55,925 nucleotides of DNA from positions 1-55,925 of IMG/VR virus record IMGVR_UViG_3300027967_000009. The stretch is one strand, 5' to 3'. Both the position numbers and the translations under genes were made by a program. Shown piece by piece: positions 19,523-29,470 of the stretch (position 1 is its first letter; each line of letters opens with the position of its first letter). The notes under the pieces are model-generated. The model was given only the letters and a program-made list of their open reading frames with translations. It was not told the origin of the DNA and did not search any database. The stretch comes from a virus. Lineage: Duplodnaviria; Caudoviricetes.

Positions 19523-19834
19523 TTATTTGGGTTGTTTTTCTGAGTTAACGCACGAATCAATCACTTGCATGGCTTCTTGGTAGGCAGCAGGTTGTTCAAG
19601 CAAACCACCGCTAAAGGGCAAGATATGATTTTTATAATGAGAAAATAATGATATCCATCGCTCTGATTGCTCAGACACCATGGGTTTTAAACAAATGTTG
19701 GTTTCGATAACACCAGGTATTTCCCACTTGGGGTATGGTGCTGGATTAGCATTGTCACAATGCTTGTGTGAACAGGTGTTGCAGTTGAAATCCTTGGCAT
19801 GTTTGCCTACTTCAACTGCAATGATTAGTTTTTT
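19523..19834 (-). CDS. Tail assembly chaperone GT, -1 frameshift extension
   Basis: Open -1 frame from slippery A AAA AAC (19828-19834) to TAA at 19523-19525; LP..GG..EQPA motif. Confidence 0.75.
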   Translation of the reverse strand, partial: KKLIIAVEVGKHAKDFNCNTCSHKHCDNANPAPYPKWEIPGVIETNICLKPMVSEQSERWISLFSHYKNHILPFSGGLLEQPAAYQEAMQVIDSCVNSEKQPK

Positions 19835-20163
19835 CTTTCGGCTTCCGCAAGCTCTGAAATGGCAATGATTTCACGGGAAATGAAGTTTAACGTCCATGAG
19901 TCTAATAGTCGCCAGTTAATAATATTGCATTTGGCTGGGTTGCCTTCGCTATCATCAACATTTTTCCAATCTATTAGGCCAAATTTAACGGCGGCTTTTT
20001 GGCCCTCAAAGCTCATGCCTATGTGGTCGGCATCAATCATTTTCATATGAGAATTGACTTCCCATAATTCCACTGACGTTAATGGTCTAATTTTAAATTC
20101 TTGCGGGTTTTCTTTGTCTTTTTCAGTATCTGGTTTAAACCATTTGGGTGTTAATTCTGCCAT
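19825..20163 (-). CDS. Tail assembly chaperone G
   Basis: Between tail tube and TMP, ends at a slippery site. Confidence 0.8.
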   Translation of the reverse strand: MAELTPKWFKPDTEKDKENPQEFKIRPLTSVELWEVNSHMKMIDADHIGMSFEGQKAAVKFGLIDWKNVDDSEGNPAKCNIINWRLLDSWTLNFISREIIAISELAEAERKN

Positions 20164-20197
20164 TGTTATTTCTCCCGAATTATTTATCTAGGCAAAT

Positions 20198-20232
20198 AAA
20201 AAAGCCACCAAGTAATTAACTCAGTGGCTTTT
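20198..20232 (-). terminator. Terminator after tail tube gene
   Basis: AGCCAC..GTGGCT stem with T run on minus strand. Confidence 0.65.
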
Positions 20233-20258
20233 AGTTCTTGTTATTTTCAGTTTTAAAT

Positions 20259-21164
20259 TTAGGTGTACGTTAAGGTAGCCGCTTTAACACCACACGATAT
20301 TTCATTGGTTAATACGCCATCGCGATCACCCCCTGAAATTTCACGGAAATAAACATCCATATCAATTTGGTATTTATTACCCGCAACACTGCCAATAGCG
20401 CCTGTGGTTAATGTTTGCACTGCCCCTGTTTTCCACTCGTTTACCCAGTTCTTAGTGGCTAATAACGTGGCTTCAGGGTCAAATGAACCTGACATATCAC
20501 GCTCGGTGATAACAATTTGACCATAACCTTCGGCGTCACTTGCAGACGATGGCGTGGCAACGGTATTACCTAAATCTAAATCGACTTTAGAAATTTCAGC
20601 AGCAAAGCCACCGATAGTAAAGGCGGCATTGATAAAGGGTGCTGGCACTGTGGCAAGATACGTTGCTGACGGTATTGCGGCATCTACGGTTTCTTTTAAA
20701 TGACCTGTTAGCTCAATAGAAATTGTGCTTTTCTCACCCGTTTCAGCCGATACCGAGAACGTACCTCGACAACCAATAAGTTTGTGTAAAATACCATCTT
20801 CATAGTAGTAACACGTACCTGAAGGAATGCCCTCATCTGCTTCTGTATAGGCTACAGAGGTAGACGCTACGACCGTTTCTAACATGCCACAAGCTTGTAA
20901 AAGCTTGCCAAATTCTGGGGCAGTTCCTGCCGCGCCAGAGCCTTTGTTTTCAACTTCAAAGCTAACCTTGCGTAAACTACCGCCATAAATACCTTGGTCT
21001 TTATTTAATGCGGGGTTAGTGTTTTCACGCTCAATAGTACGAGCCCCTTCGATACTGATGGAAGGGTTGGCAACCAGAACTGAATCAGTGGCTGGGTTTG
21101 GTATTTCTTCTGCTTTATAGCTCGACTCAAGCGCAAAACAAACAATGGTGCGTTTTTTTAACAT
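20259..21164 (-). CDS. Major tail tube protein
   Basis: 301 aa beta-rich; synteny. Confidence 0.8.
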   Translation of the reverse strand: MLKKRTIVCFALESSYKAEEIPNPATDSVLVANPSISIEGARTIERENTNPALNKDQGIYGGSLRKVSFEVENKGSGAAGTAPEFGKLLQACGMLETVVASTSVAYTEADEGIPSGTCYYYEDGILHKLIGCRGTFSVSAETGEKSTISIELTGHLKETVDAAIPSATYLATVPAPFINAAFTIGGFAAEISKVDLDLGNTVATPSSASDAEGYGQIVITERDMSGSFDPEATLLATKNWVNEWKTGAVQTLTTGAIGSVAGNKYQIDMDVYFREISGGDRDGVLTNEISCGVKAATLTYT

Positions 21165-21167
21165 GAA

Positions 21168-21335
21168 TTAGCCCTCTTTTTTCGCAGCAGGATTAGCCGG
21201 TGCTTTATTATGTTGGTGTCGACCAGAATCTTTTAACTCTTTGGCCAATTTTGTGGGTGATATTTCTCTGCTACCACCTTTTTGAACAGTCGTTTTTGTC
21301 CGTTCAGGTGCGTTTGACTCTGCTTCTTTAGGCAT
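21168..21335 (-). CDS. Hypothetical 55-aa protein (MPKEAESNAPERT...)
   Basis: Read manually; fills the gap upstream of the tail tube gene. Confidence 0.5.
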   Translation of the reverse strand: MPKEAESNAPERTKTTVQKGGSREISPTKLAKELKDSGRHQHNKAPANPAAKKEG

Positions 21336-21374
21336 GGTAATTGCTCTTTGTTTGTTAAAATTAAGGGCTAAATA

Positions 21375-21800
21375 TTAAAGGGATGGATCTTGCGAATTTG
21401 CGCGATATTTTATTGTCCAGCTGTTAGGTACAGTGGCAAACGTTCTATCACTTTCTGTGTCGAACTGAGTTTCATCTTGGCCTAGTGGCTCAATAGCTAT
21501 GATGAAAGGTAAATTAAGGGCGTTATCTGCCATTAACTTTTTATGAATTTCTAATGCGTACTTAGTGGTTTCGCTATTGATATCTTCATCGTAAGCGGTA
21601 AGCACTATGTCGCTATGCAGGGTTAATTCCCAATCGGTAACTTGGGCACCAACTTTAATCGGCTTGTTTTTGCCAAATAATAATCTGGTGGCTGGCAAAT
21701 CATCTTCATCGATTGCTTTACGATGAGTAACTACTGCTAATTTGGGGATTTTCTTTAATAATGTTTCGACGGCATTAATAATTTGATTAGCTTTATGCAC
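21375..21800 (-). CDS. Tail terminator protein
   Basis: DLPA motif, size and synteny. Confidence 0.65.
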   Translation of the reverse strand: MHKANQIINAVETLLKKIPKLAVVTHRKAIDEDDLPATRLLFGKNKPIKVGAQVTDWELTLHSDIVLTAYDEDINSETTKYALEIHKKLMADNALNLPFIIAIEPLGQDETQFDTESDRTFATVPNSWTIKYRANSQDPSL

Positions 21801-22074
21801 GCTCTAACTCCAAAGCAACAAAACCCGCATCCGCTGGATGTCGCATACCAATAACGTAGTTAATATCATCGTGAGAAAAAGAGGCCCCTTTATCAATCTT
21901 TGCCGCATCGATAGAGGTTACTGTTAAAATCGGGGCATATTGAGGGCCAGCGGGAGAACCAACATCCTCAAAATCAAACATGCCACGCACAGGTAAACCA
22001 TCAACAACGTGATCATCAAACAAATGCTGTTCTATCGCGTTGTTGGCGGTGGCCATAATGGTTGAGAAGTTCAT
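21793..22074 (-). CDS. Head-tail joining protein (gpFII-like)
   Basis: Size and synteny; VRGMFD. Confidence 0.6.
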   Translation of the reverse strand: MNFSTIMATANNAIEQHLFDDHVVDGLPVRGMFDFEDVGSPAGPQYAPILTVTSIDAAKIDKGASFSHDDINYVIGMRHPADAGFVALELERA

Positions 22075-22077
22075 TGA

Positions 22078-22476
22078 TTAGTTACGTTTGATTAACGCAT
22101 TTGACTCAAGATGTTTAATTAGCTTGTCATCGTCGCAATCAAACTCTTCATCTTTAAGTTTTGAAAACATGCCGCCCTGCCATGGTTGTTTAAAACCGAC
22201 TTTGGCAGTAAATTCAAAGAACTCTTCGTCTTCTGGTAATTCAGCTTTATCGCCTAGTCCACCATCGCCCGAATCATCTTTGGTTGTTGCTAAGTTATAT
22301 AGCTCAAGCAAGGTTTCGGTTGACGCATCCGTTGGAAACTCAACCTTTAATACTGTTAATTGTTCTTTTAACTCTGTTGATAATTGGTCTTCGAGCACTT
22401 CGTTAGTTGCGTCAGCAGCAAAGCTGACTGACAACAGTACTAGCGCTGCTTTTAAATCTTTTTTTTGTAATGCCAT
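22078..22476 (-). CDS. Hypothetical protein after major capsid
   Basis: Two HeH-like repeats (L..L.V.F..DA..E.L). Confidence 0.65.
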   Translation of the reverse strand: MALQKKDLKAALVLLSVSFAADATNEVLEDQLSTELKEQLTVLKVEFPTDASTETLLELYNLATTKDDSGDGGLGDKAELPEDEEFFEFTAKVGFKQPWQGGMFSKLKDEEFDCDDDKLIKHLESNALIKRN

Positions 22477-22511
22477 GGTATTTCCTAGCGTTAATTGGGA
22501 TTAAAGAAAAC

Positions 22512-22538
22512 AAAAAGCCTCATCAATTGATGAGGCTT
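22512..22538 (-). terminator. Terminator after major capsid gene
   Basis: AAGCCTCATC..GATGAGGCTT stem. Confidence 0.7.
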
Positions 22539-22557
22539 AATTATTTAGTTGCTTTGA

Positions 22558-23589
22558 TTACGCACCCGCGCGACCTTTGAAGATCATTTCTGGGCGTTTG
22601 TTTAAGAATAATGGATAAGCAATTGCTTCTAACGTAGCTAAACGAGGACGTTCGCGTTGTTCAACATTGATTTCAGCATAAACACGCTTACCCAATTGAC
22701 CAACATCTTCAAAGGCTTCGCCTGGTGACATAACGTGTTCAAATACCGTATTACCTAGACCTGCTGGATAGAATTTAACTTTATCCGTTTCAACTGCCAC
22801 GGTAGTGCCATCATCAGTGCCAACATATTCTTCCCACATGATGCCAGCGAAATGAACCTTACGACCTAAATAACTGTCGTTATCTTTACCTGATTCACGA
22901 TCCGTTTTACGACGTTCTCGCACTTCTGCTGTTTTAATTAATGCATCAAAAAACTCACTGCCACATTCTGCACGTACTTCTGAATAACGGGCACCTTTTG
23001 ACTTCAGTCGCATTGGGCGAAGCACTTGAGCATTAACCATTTTTTCTAAATCACCATCGGCAATATTAGCAAGGTTAAAGCCAATTTCAGCGTTTTCAGC
23101 AATACCGAATTCATCATAAAAGTTGTAAATTACTGATAAATCGCTATCAAGCAAAATACCGTTTAAAGCACTTAAACGCATGTGTTCAAAGGTAGCTTCA
23201 ACTTTTTCTAATAAACCACCTGGTCCACTTAGGCGGCGATCAACTTCTGCACTAGCTTGAACGATTTGGTCTTCAGTGCCAAAGGCGCGAAGAAACGCCA
23301 ACTCTGATGCTAATACCGTATCTTCTTCACCGATGCGGCCAGTTTCAAAATAACGCATATTACGTTTACTTTTCGTGTTTTGTTTTAATGGCTCGCCACG
23401 CTTTGATGTTTTAATCAGTGACAGGCCGTTTTCACGCATTTCAACCCCTAAAACAATCTCTCTAATAGGGTTAGCCGTAAACAGACCTAAATCACCAAGG
23501 CGTGATGGTACTGTTTCAGACTTTTCTACCGCTGTTGCCATACCTGCAAAAGAGAACGGGTCATTCTGAAAAATATTAAAAATAGACAT
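22558..23589 (-). CDS. Major capsid protein (lambda gpE-like)
   Basis: T.EHMR..ALNG.LLD.D, F.GI.WEEY; start moved to 23589. Confidence 0.9.
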   Translation of the reverse strand: MSIFNIFQNDPFSFAGMATAVEKSETVPSRLGDLGLFTANPIREIVLGVEMRENGLSLIKTSKRGEPLKQNTKSKRNMRYFETGRIGEEDTVLASELAFLRAFGTEDQIVQASAEVDRRLSGPGGLLEKVEATFEHMRLSALNGILLDSDLSVIYNFYDEFGIAENAEIGFNLANIADGDLEKMVNAQVLRPMRLKSKGARYSEVRAECGSEFFDALIKTAEVRERRKTDRESGKDNDSYLGRKVHFAGIMWEEYVGTDDGTTVAVETDKVKFYPAGLGNTVFEHVMSPGEAFEDVGQLGKRVYAEINVEQRERPRLATLEAIAYPLFLNKRPEMIFKGRAGA

Positions 23590-23613
23590 ATAGTTTTTCC
23601 ATAAATTAGGAAT

Positions 23614-23640
23614 AAAAAAAGGAGCCATTTGGCTCCTTTT
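23614..23640. terminator. Terminator-like hairpin between decoration and capsid genes
   Basis: AAAAGGAGCCA-TT-TGGCTCCTTTT. Confidence 0.65.
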
Positions 23641-23661
23641 GATTTATTGAGGATTAGTGGT

Positions 23662-24033
23662 TTAGCAAAGCACGATGCTTAAGGCATCTAACTCAGCCGT
23701 TGCTGTGGTGATTTCACCGGCAGTCATGCCAGCCTTCCAAACAACTTCTTGTTTGTTGGCAACAAAGTGGCGTAAATCTGCGAGTACTTCTTTATCCGCA
23801 CCATCAGCATGTTCGTTATCAAACAAAATGCCGGCAGCAACTTCACTACCATCAGTGGCGGCAGGGTTAAGCTCTTTGTATTTACCACCTATGGTGATTT
23901 TGCCAAGCACTGCACCGGCTTTTAAATTTTGATCACTAAGTAAAGTGATTTTTTTACGGGTAATCGCTAGTGTTGGCACCTCTACAAGGTGCGCACCAGC
24001 ATGATTTCCTTCGACAATAGGCGTTTGAGCCAT
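23662..24033 (-). CDS. Head decoration protein (gpD-like)
   Basis: L.AGAVLGKIT..GKY...A.DGSE.AAGIL. Confidence 0.88.
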   Translation of the reverse strand: MAQTPIVEGNHAGAHLVEVPTLAITRKKITLLSDQNLKAGAVLGKITIGGKYKELNPAATDGSEVAAGILFDNEHADGADKEVLADLRHFVANKQEVVWKAGMTAGEITTATAELDALSIVLC

Positions 24034-24070
24034 AGTATTTCCCCTATAAAGGTTAGTTGGTTAAAAAGAT

Positions 24071-25117
24071 TTATCGTTTGTTAATTTGTTTTGCAGCATT
24101 CCAAATGTCATCATTTGACATGGTTGTTTCTAAGTTTTGCTTATGTTGACCATGGGTTTGATTGTTGTTATCAATACCAGCTTTGACGTTGGATAAAATA
24201 GTACCAGCAACTTCAATGGATGTTTTGTTTTTGATTAGATCCTGAGCCATATGTTCAAGACCTAATGCTTGGCATTGATTCATGATGTCTAATACGCGGT
24301 GGTTTTCAACTTCGGTGGCATCGGGCTCATCTTCAGAAACGTTATTGTCATCATCTGATGATAAGTCGTTTGATTCTTCATCTTCAACATCTAAGTCTTC
24401 ATCATTGTTTTGCTCTGATTCGTTATCATCATCTGTTTCATCGCTAGCTACAATTTCAAGCACAGCTTTAGGAACATTTACAAATTGGCTAGCAATATCA
24501 GGATCCAAACAATTGGAAGGAGCCGTACCCGTAGACTCGATTATTTCATCAATAAAACCTTGATCTAATGCTTCTTCTGCTGTCATCCATGTTTCAACCG
24601 TTAACATTTCAGCAATAGCTTCTTTTTCTATTTTTGTTTTGTTCGTGTAAGCAGTAGTTAAAGCAGCCTCGACCTTATCTAAAGTTTCAGCATTTTTACG
24701 CATAGCATCAGCGTTACCTCGACAATTATTGAGAGGCTTATGAATCATCATCATACCAAGCGGTGACATTTTCACTTTGCAACCTGGTACCATTGGGATA
24801 ATTGATGCCATACTTGCCGCCCAGCCATCAATGATAAAGGTGATTTTGCCTTCATGATTTAACAAGGTGTTATATATTAGCGTTCCATCAACAACGTCAC
24901 CACCAAGTGAATTGATATGTACAACCAAATCACGCTCTTTACCAAGGCTGGACACCTCATTAGCAAAAGCTTTTCCTGTAACGCCATCATCCCACCACGT
25001 TTGACCAATGATGTCGTAAATATTAATGCGAGCTGCTTCACTGCTATTGTCCATATTTAGTATTTCAAAGGGTGCTTTTGCGTTTTCAGGACGCGTCATT
25101 TTTACCGGATTAGGCAT
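24071..25117 (-). CDS. ClpP-like prohead protease with acidic linker and scaffold-like tail
   Basis: INSLGGDV, AASMAS, MMIH, ETWMTAEEA. Confidence 0.92.
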   Translation of the reverse strand: MPNPVKMTRPENAKAPFEILNMDNSSEAARINIYDIIGQTWWDDGVTGKAFANEVSSLGKERDLVVHINSLGGDVVDGTLIYNTLLNHEGKITFIIDGWAASMASIIPMVPGCKVKMSPLGMMMIHKPLNNCRGNADAMRKNAETLDKVEAALTTAYTNKTKIEKEAIAEMLTVETWMTAEEALDQGFIDEIIESTGTAPSNCLDPDIASQFVNVPKAVLEIVASDETDDDNESEQNNDEDLDVEDEESNDLSSDDDNNVSEDEPDATEVENHRVLDIMNQCQALGLEHMAQDLIKNKTSIEVAGTILSNVKAGIDNNNQTHGQHKQNLETTMSNDDIWNAAKQINKR

Positions 25118-25127
25118 AAGTGCTCCG

Positions 25128-26624
25128 TTACTCTTGTGTAATTAATTGATTAGCGAGATCATCTACTTGTAACTGACCTGCTTTGGTTGTGACTTTAGGG
25201 TTTGAATCAAGCACTAGCTCACTGGCTTGCTCTAGCAATAATTGTTCATCATTTTTGGTGATGTCACCGTTTCGCTCAGCTACTTTGTCAGCTCGGGTTG
25301 CGTAACCTGCACGTACTTCAATTAAGTCGGCCATCACATCTTTAAGTGGGTCAACCCAATCCCATTTAGGGGTAAACCATTTAGGTAGGTGTTCATCACG
25401 GTTTGACCAGTAGTTGGCAATTTTTGCTGCGCCTGAAATTACCGCATGATCTAAAAACCATTGGGCAATAGGATGACAAAATCTGTGTATCATCATCATG
25501 TATTGCAGTTGTTCTATTCTGCGACGAATTTCAACAAGTCCTGCGCGAATACTTGAGTAATTAACATCGGTTAAATCACCCGTAAGTTGTTCATACGTAC
25601 AACCCGGTAAACCTTTAGCAATAGTACGAAATTCTGATTTAAGCCATGGAATATAGTTTTGACCAATGCCATCAGGTGATGAAAATGTAACGTCTTCATC
25701 TTCTTCCATGTAATGAATGCCGCCAGGGCGAATTTCAGTAATTGGTGTGCCTGCTTCGGTTTCTTCACCATTGTTTTCACCCACTAAATCACGGTTTACT
25801 TCGTTAGACTCTTGGCCAGCCATGATTTCTGGTGATTTTTTGGTAACAATCCAGCCAAACAAGGCCGCTGATTTTTGTTTCATCAACGTGCTGTCTTGCA
25901 TTTCGTCTATGTCATATAAACGGGCAAGTACGGCTGTTAATTCTGGTACACCTCGTTGTTGCCCTGGGCGTAAACGTCTGAATAAATGAATAACATCATT
26001 CGCTGGCACTCTCACTCTACTGTTTGCGGTGAGCGTGCCACTTTCTGATGGATGATTTCGCCATAAATGATAGTTGCTGCGCTGGCCTATACCGTTAAAC
26101 TCAATCCCCATGGTGATGTTGGTGTTATCAAATTGAACGTTATAGTTTTCGTCTAAGTGATCGCTCTCTAATAGCTGTATTTGCAATGGAACGGATAAAC
26201 CATCTTGTGGCAAACGAGCTCTACGACGAGCAAGTACTTCGCCTGACTCAAATTGACTACGCGCCGCTAAAAGCTGTAATCCATAGAAGTTGTCAATGCC
26301 ATCGGCATCACACTCTTTTATCCATTTTTCCCAGAGCTTTTGAACTTCTTTGTTAGGCCATTTAGCGGTAATACCATTGCCGATTAATTGGCTGGTATAG
26401 TTTTCAATTGCACTAACAGCCAAAGGGTGATTTTGAATAGCATGGCGCGATCGCTTTCTTAATGTAGCAAGTGATTGCTTGATGTCTTGGTTTGGACCAC
26501 CGTTTGACATGCCTTTATTACGCATACGATAAGAGCGACTTGCCCCTTCGTATGCATTATGAAATTGTGCTGTTGTCATGCCGCCATGCACATTGATACG
26601 AGGCTTTTTGATTTTTGTGACCAT
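25128..26624 (-). CDS. Portal protein, lambda family
   Basis: RPGQ.RGVP, LTGDL..VNYSS.RAG, WVDPLKD. Confidence 0.95.
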   Translation of the reverse strand: MVTKIKKPRINVHGGMTTAQFHNAYEGASRSYRMRNKGMSNGGPNQDIKQSLATLRKRSRHAIQNHPLAVSAIENYTSQLIGNGITAKWPNKEVQKLWEKWIKECDADGIDNFYGLQLLAARSQFESGEVLARRRARLPQDGLSVPLQIQLLESDHLDENYNVQFDNTNITMGIEFNGIGQRSNYHLWRNHPSESGTLTANSRVRVPANDVIHLFRRLRPGQQRGVPELTAVLARLYDIDEMQDSTLMKQKSAALFGWIVTKKSPEIMAGQESNEVNRDLVGENNGEETEAGTPITEIRPGGIHYMEEDEDVTFSSPDGIGQNYIPWLKSEFRTIAKGLPGCTYEQLTGDLTDVNYSSIRAGLVEIRRRIEQLQYMMMIHRFCHPIAQWFLDHAVISGAAKIANYWSNRDEHLPKWFTPKWDWVDPLKDVMADLIEVRAGYATRADKVAERNGDITKNDEQLLLEQASELVLDSNPKVTTKAGQLQVDDLANQLITQE

Positions 26625-26851
26625 TAAAAGCCTTTTCCTGTACTAATGAGTGAATAACGTTTATTAGTTTTACGAGCAAGTTGTCGATTAAGACGAGCTT
26701 CTTCTTCTGCTAACTGTGGCAAGCTGACCTCAACAAAGCTTGTTTTCCGGCCTTGATACATGACTTCGCCAACACGTTCTCCTGCTCTTAACTTTTTTTG
26801 AGCAACACGAAGGTCAGCAATGTCAGTTTGTAATTGTTCTTTAGTGGCCAC
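26624..26851 (-). CDS. Head completion protein (gpW-like)
   Basis: Size, position between TerL and portal. Confidence 0.8.
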   Translation of the reverse strand: MATKEQLQTDIADLRVAQKKLRAGERVGEVMYQGRKTSFVEVSLPQLAEEEARLNRQLARKTNKRYSLISTGKGF

Positions 26852-28818
26852 TAGTTAATTCCTCCGGTAACGGTACCGCGTTTTCTCTTTTTCTTTTTGA
26901 TGGTGGCTTTAGCCGGTGAATCGATATTTTTAAATGACGCTGCGAGCTGCTGCATGTTCAAACCAAAATATTGCACAGAGCAATAAAATGCAGCTTCAGC
27001 ATAAACGGTACAATCCAGTTCTTCATTTCGAATACCGTCATATAACGGCAACCAGCGATAAACTGCGCGACCTTTGATGTATTCTCTACGCTTACTTTCA
27101 GAGCAAAGCTCGTTGAGCATTTCCTCATTACAAATTTGGTCGTTGAGCGGTAAATGAAAACACCCGGGTATTGCTTCGTCTGAAGCTTTAGGGTGAATTT
27201 TAAAACTACTAAAAATGCTTTCTTTTGCTGTATCAGTGCCAACAGTAACTAAATAGGTTTTACGTGACCGATCAGGTTTTTTCGGCATAGTGGCAATGGG
27301 GTTTCCGTAAGTGTTAGCCCCTTTGCAAGGCAGCATCCTTGTAATCCCAATCCGTCTTGAAAAAGCATGTACCTGGTCGGTAAAGTGACCACCAGTATCA
27401 AAGTTAAATCGTGATATTTTTAACTTTACGCCACTTTCGTGGGTGTATTCACGATTACATGCTATCTCTAATTCATCCCAAAACTCTGGCTCTTTCGGGT
27501 TGCCACGCACTTCAAATTTATCTATTTTGAAGCGTTCGCCATCGAGGCCCCAACCATAAACAACACCTGGCACCCAAGTGTCTTGCATATCTAAACCACA
27601 GGTTAAGTAATACGCATGTTTTGGTACTTGTGCTTTGTACATTTCACGACGAAGCATTAAGCTTTCTGCCGTGGTTTTCTCACCTGTTTCTTCTTCAAAC
27701 GCTTGACCAAGCGTAGTATTAATGAATTTTTTTAAGCCTGCCGGTGTGCCTTTATCTTGATACCAATCACGAACTATTTTCCACCAGGGCGCAAAGTGAG
27801 AATAGATGGTCCATATCCCCATCCAAGCAATTGTTTCTGGTGTTTCTACTGGCTGTCTGGTTTCTGCGTCAAAAAAGTCTATACCGTCAAATGTTAATAA
27901 GCCTTGAGTGCTTTGATAATAACCAAGCTTGTCAGCTTCTAAATATTCAACGTACTGAAATTTGTCATGGCAATGTTTACAAACATAATGTGCTGATTTG
28001 TTTCTAGCTGAGCCGGTTAAGCTTCTATCCCACTTCAAACCATGTTTGCTGTCTTTGCCACCAAACTCTAAAATTTGAAAGCCACCACAGCGAGGACAAG
28101 GAATATAACGGTAAAAATGCTGTTCGCAATGATCAGCGCGTTTGGTTATTAAGCACTGGCCTTTAATAGTTGGTGATGAACCATTAACGAACTTACTGAA
28201 CGCTGAACCTTCTAAACGTTTTTCAATAAGGCCAAGGGCGTCACCTTCATCGCCAACGTCCATTTTGTACGAACCACTTTCATCAGTTATCGCTACATCA
28301 AGAGATAATTCACGAAAGTTGTTTGCTGACTCTGCGCCAAGTAAAAACAGTTCACAAAAGTTTAAAAAGCTTTTATTTTCTTTGGTGTTGTTCTTGTGCT
28401 TTTTCCCCCACCAAGGGAATAATTTTCTTAGTGGTTTAACGTCACGGATCATGGTGTCGATATGTTTTTTAGAAAACCTATCGCGCATGGTGTCGTTCGG
28501 TTGCCAAACACCTATATTTCGTTGCTTATGATCAATGAAATAATTAATGGCAGCACAGACAATTTTAGTAAAACCTGTTCTGGCTGCTTTGGGCCATGCA
28601 ACCTCTAATACTTCATCATTGCCAATACTATTTAAAATAGCTACTTGGTAACCAACAGTTGTCCAGTCACCTTCAATGTATGAGGATTCTGGTGACATGT
28701 AGAAGTTTGAATCTGCATGCTCTACCGCTGTCATTGGCTCAGGTCTGAACAGAATACTTAAGGCACTTTTAAATGCTTTTTTTACTGCTCTAATCTGGTG
28801 TACTGACAAGCTCATCAA
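26851..28818 (-). CDS. Terminase large subunit (lambda gpA family)
   Basis: KAARTGFTK Walker A, EGDA..L..KR, GSSPT, F.NT.LG, RNE.LDC.VYA. Confidence 0.95.
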   Translation of the reverse strand: MMSLSVHQIRAVKKAFKSALSILFRPEPMTAVEHADSNFYMSPESSYIEGDWTTVGYQVAILNSIGNDEVLEVAWPKAARTGFTKIVCAAINYFIDHKQRNIGVWQPNDTMRDRFSKKHIDTMIRDVKPLRKLFPWWGKKHKNNTKENKSFLNFCELFLLGAESANNFRELSLDVAITDESGSYKMDVGDEGDALGLIEKRLEGSAFSKFVNGSSPTIKGQCLITKRADHCEQHFYRYIPCPRCGGFQILEFGGKDSKHGLKWDRSLTGSARNKSAHYVCKHCHDKFQYVEYLEADKLGYYQSTQGLLTFDGIDFFDAETRQPVETPETIAWMGIWTIYSHFAPWWKIVRDWYQDKGTPAGLKKFINTTLGQAFEEETGEKTTAESLMLRREMYKAQVPKHAYYLTCGLDMQDTWVPGVVYGWGLDGERFKIDKFEVRGNPKEPEFWDELEIACNREYTHESGVKLKISRFNFDTGGHFTDQVHAFSRRIGITRMLPCKGANTYGNPIATMPKKPDRSRKTYLVTVGTDTAKESIFSSFKIHPKASDEAIPGCFHLPLNDQICNEEMLNELCSESKRREYIKGRAVYRWLPLYDGIRNEELDCTVYAEAAFYCSVQYFGLNMQQLAASFKNIDSPAKATIKKKKRKRGTVTGGIN

Positions 28819-29299
28819 TTATTTCATCCAAGTGTTGCCCAATTTTTGATGTCTCGTTTTGAACTTTAATTACTTCAATTTCGACGCTTTCAATAACTCG
28901 GTGGCTAACATCTGGATTGTTTCTTTTAATTATTGGAGTAAGTGCTTTGAAATTAGCGTTAACGCGAGACATAACACCCGCTAATAAATGACGAGCTATT
29001 TCAACAGGAATGTTTAAACCTTCATCACGATCATTTTTTATTTTCTTTGTCCTGAGGTTTTCTTTAGCAATATCTAATTTTGCTTGCTCCATTTCTGAAT
29101 CAATATCATCAGCAGGTGCCGCACCATTTTTTAAATGGCGGCTTTTTAAAAATGCGATATACCATTTCCGCACAGCAACTAAATCATATCCCCCTTTTCC
29201 GCTTGGAACTGGAAAGCCTGGTTGCTTGTGCCAATTTCTTACTTGTCTGCCAGAGGCCTCTAAAAATAAGTGCTCAGCGACTTCGCGTTGAGTTGCCAT
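28790..29299 (-). CDS. Terminase small subunit (Nu1-like)
   Basis: N-terminal wHTH (TQREVAEHL..RQVRNW..GFP..YDL), coiled coil. Confidence 0.88.
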   Translation of the reverse strand: MATQREVAEHLFLEASGRQVRNWHKQPGFPVPSGKGGYDLVAVRKWYIAFLKSRHLKNGAAPADDIDSEMEQAKLDIAKENLRTKKIKNDRDEGLNIPVEIARHLLAGVMSRVNANFKALTPIIKRNNPDVSHRVIESVEIEVIKVQNETSKIGQHLDEIIDELVSTPD

Positions 29300-29353
29300 A
29301 AATCAAAAGCTCATGTTTAAAAAGGCTAACCGGAACCGGAAACCCCAAATGAA

Positions 29354-29425
29354 AAAATTTTCGTAAATTCTGAAACTCTGCGCTGCCGCGCCCCCTCAAT
29401 GGGAATTTTTAGGCCAAAAGGACCC
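29354..29425 (-). other. Lambda-like cos site (cosQ and cosN)
   Basis: Minus strand GGGTCCT-24 nt-GGGGCGCGGCAG-CGCAGAGTTTCAGAATTTACGAAAATTTT parallels lambda cos layout; upstream of terS. Confidence 0.8.
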
Positions 29426-29436
29426 AAAAAATCTAG

Positions 29437-29453
29437 ATGAGAATGATTCTCAT
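29437..29453. promoter_or_regulatory. Fur-box-like palindrome
   Basis: ATGAGAAT-G-ATTCTCAT. Confidence 0.55.
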
Positions 29454-29470
29454 TTAGATTTACAGTATGA

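Noticed and set aside
16678-19583. Many + strand ORFs opposite the tape measure gene (and similar ones opposite other long genes)
   Set aside because: Antisense shadows with no RBS or recognisable motifs
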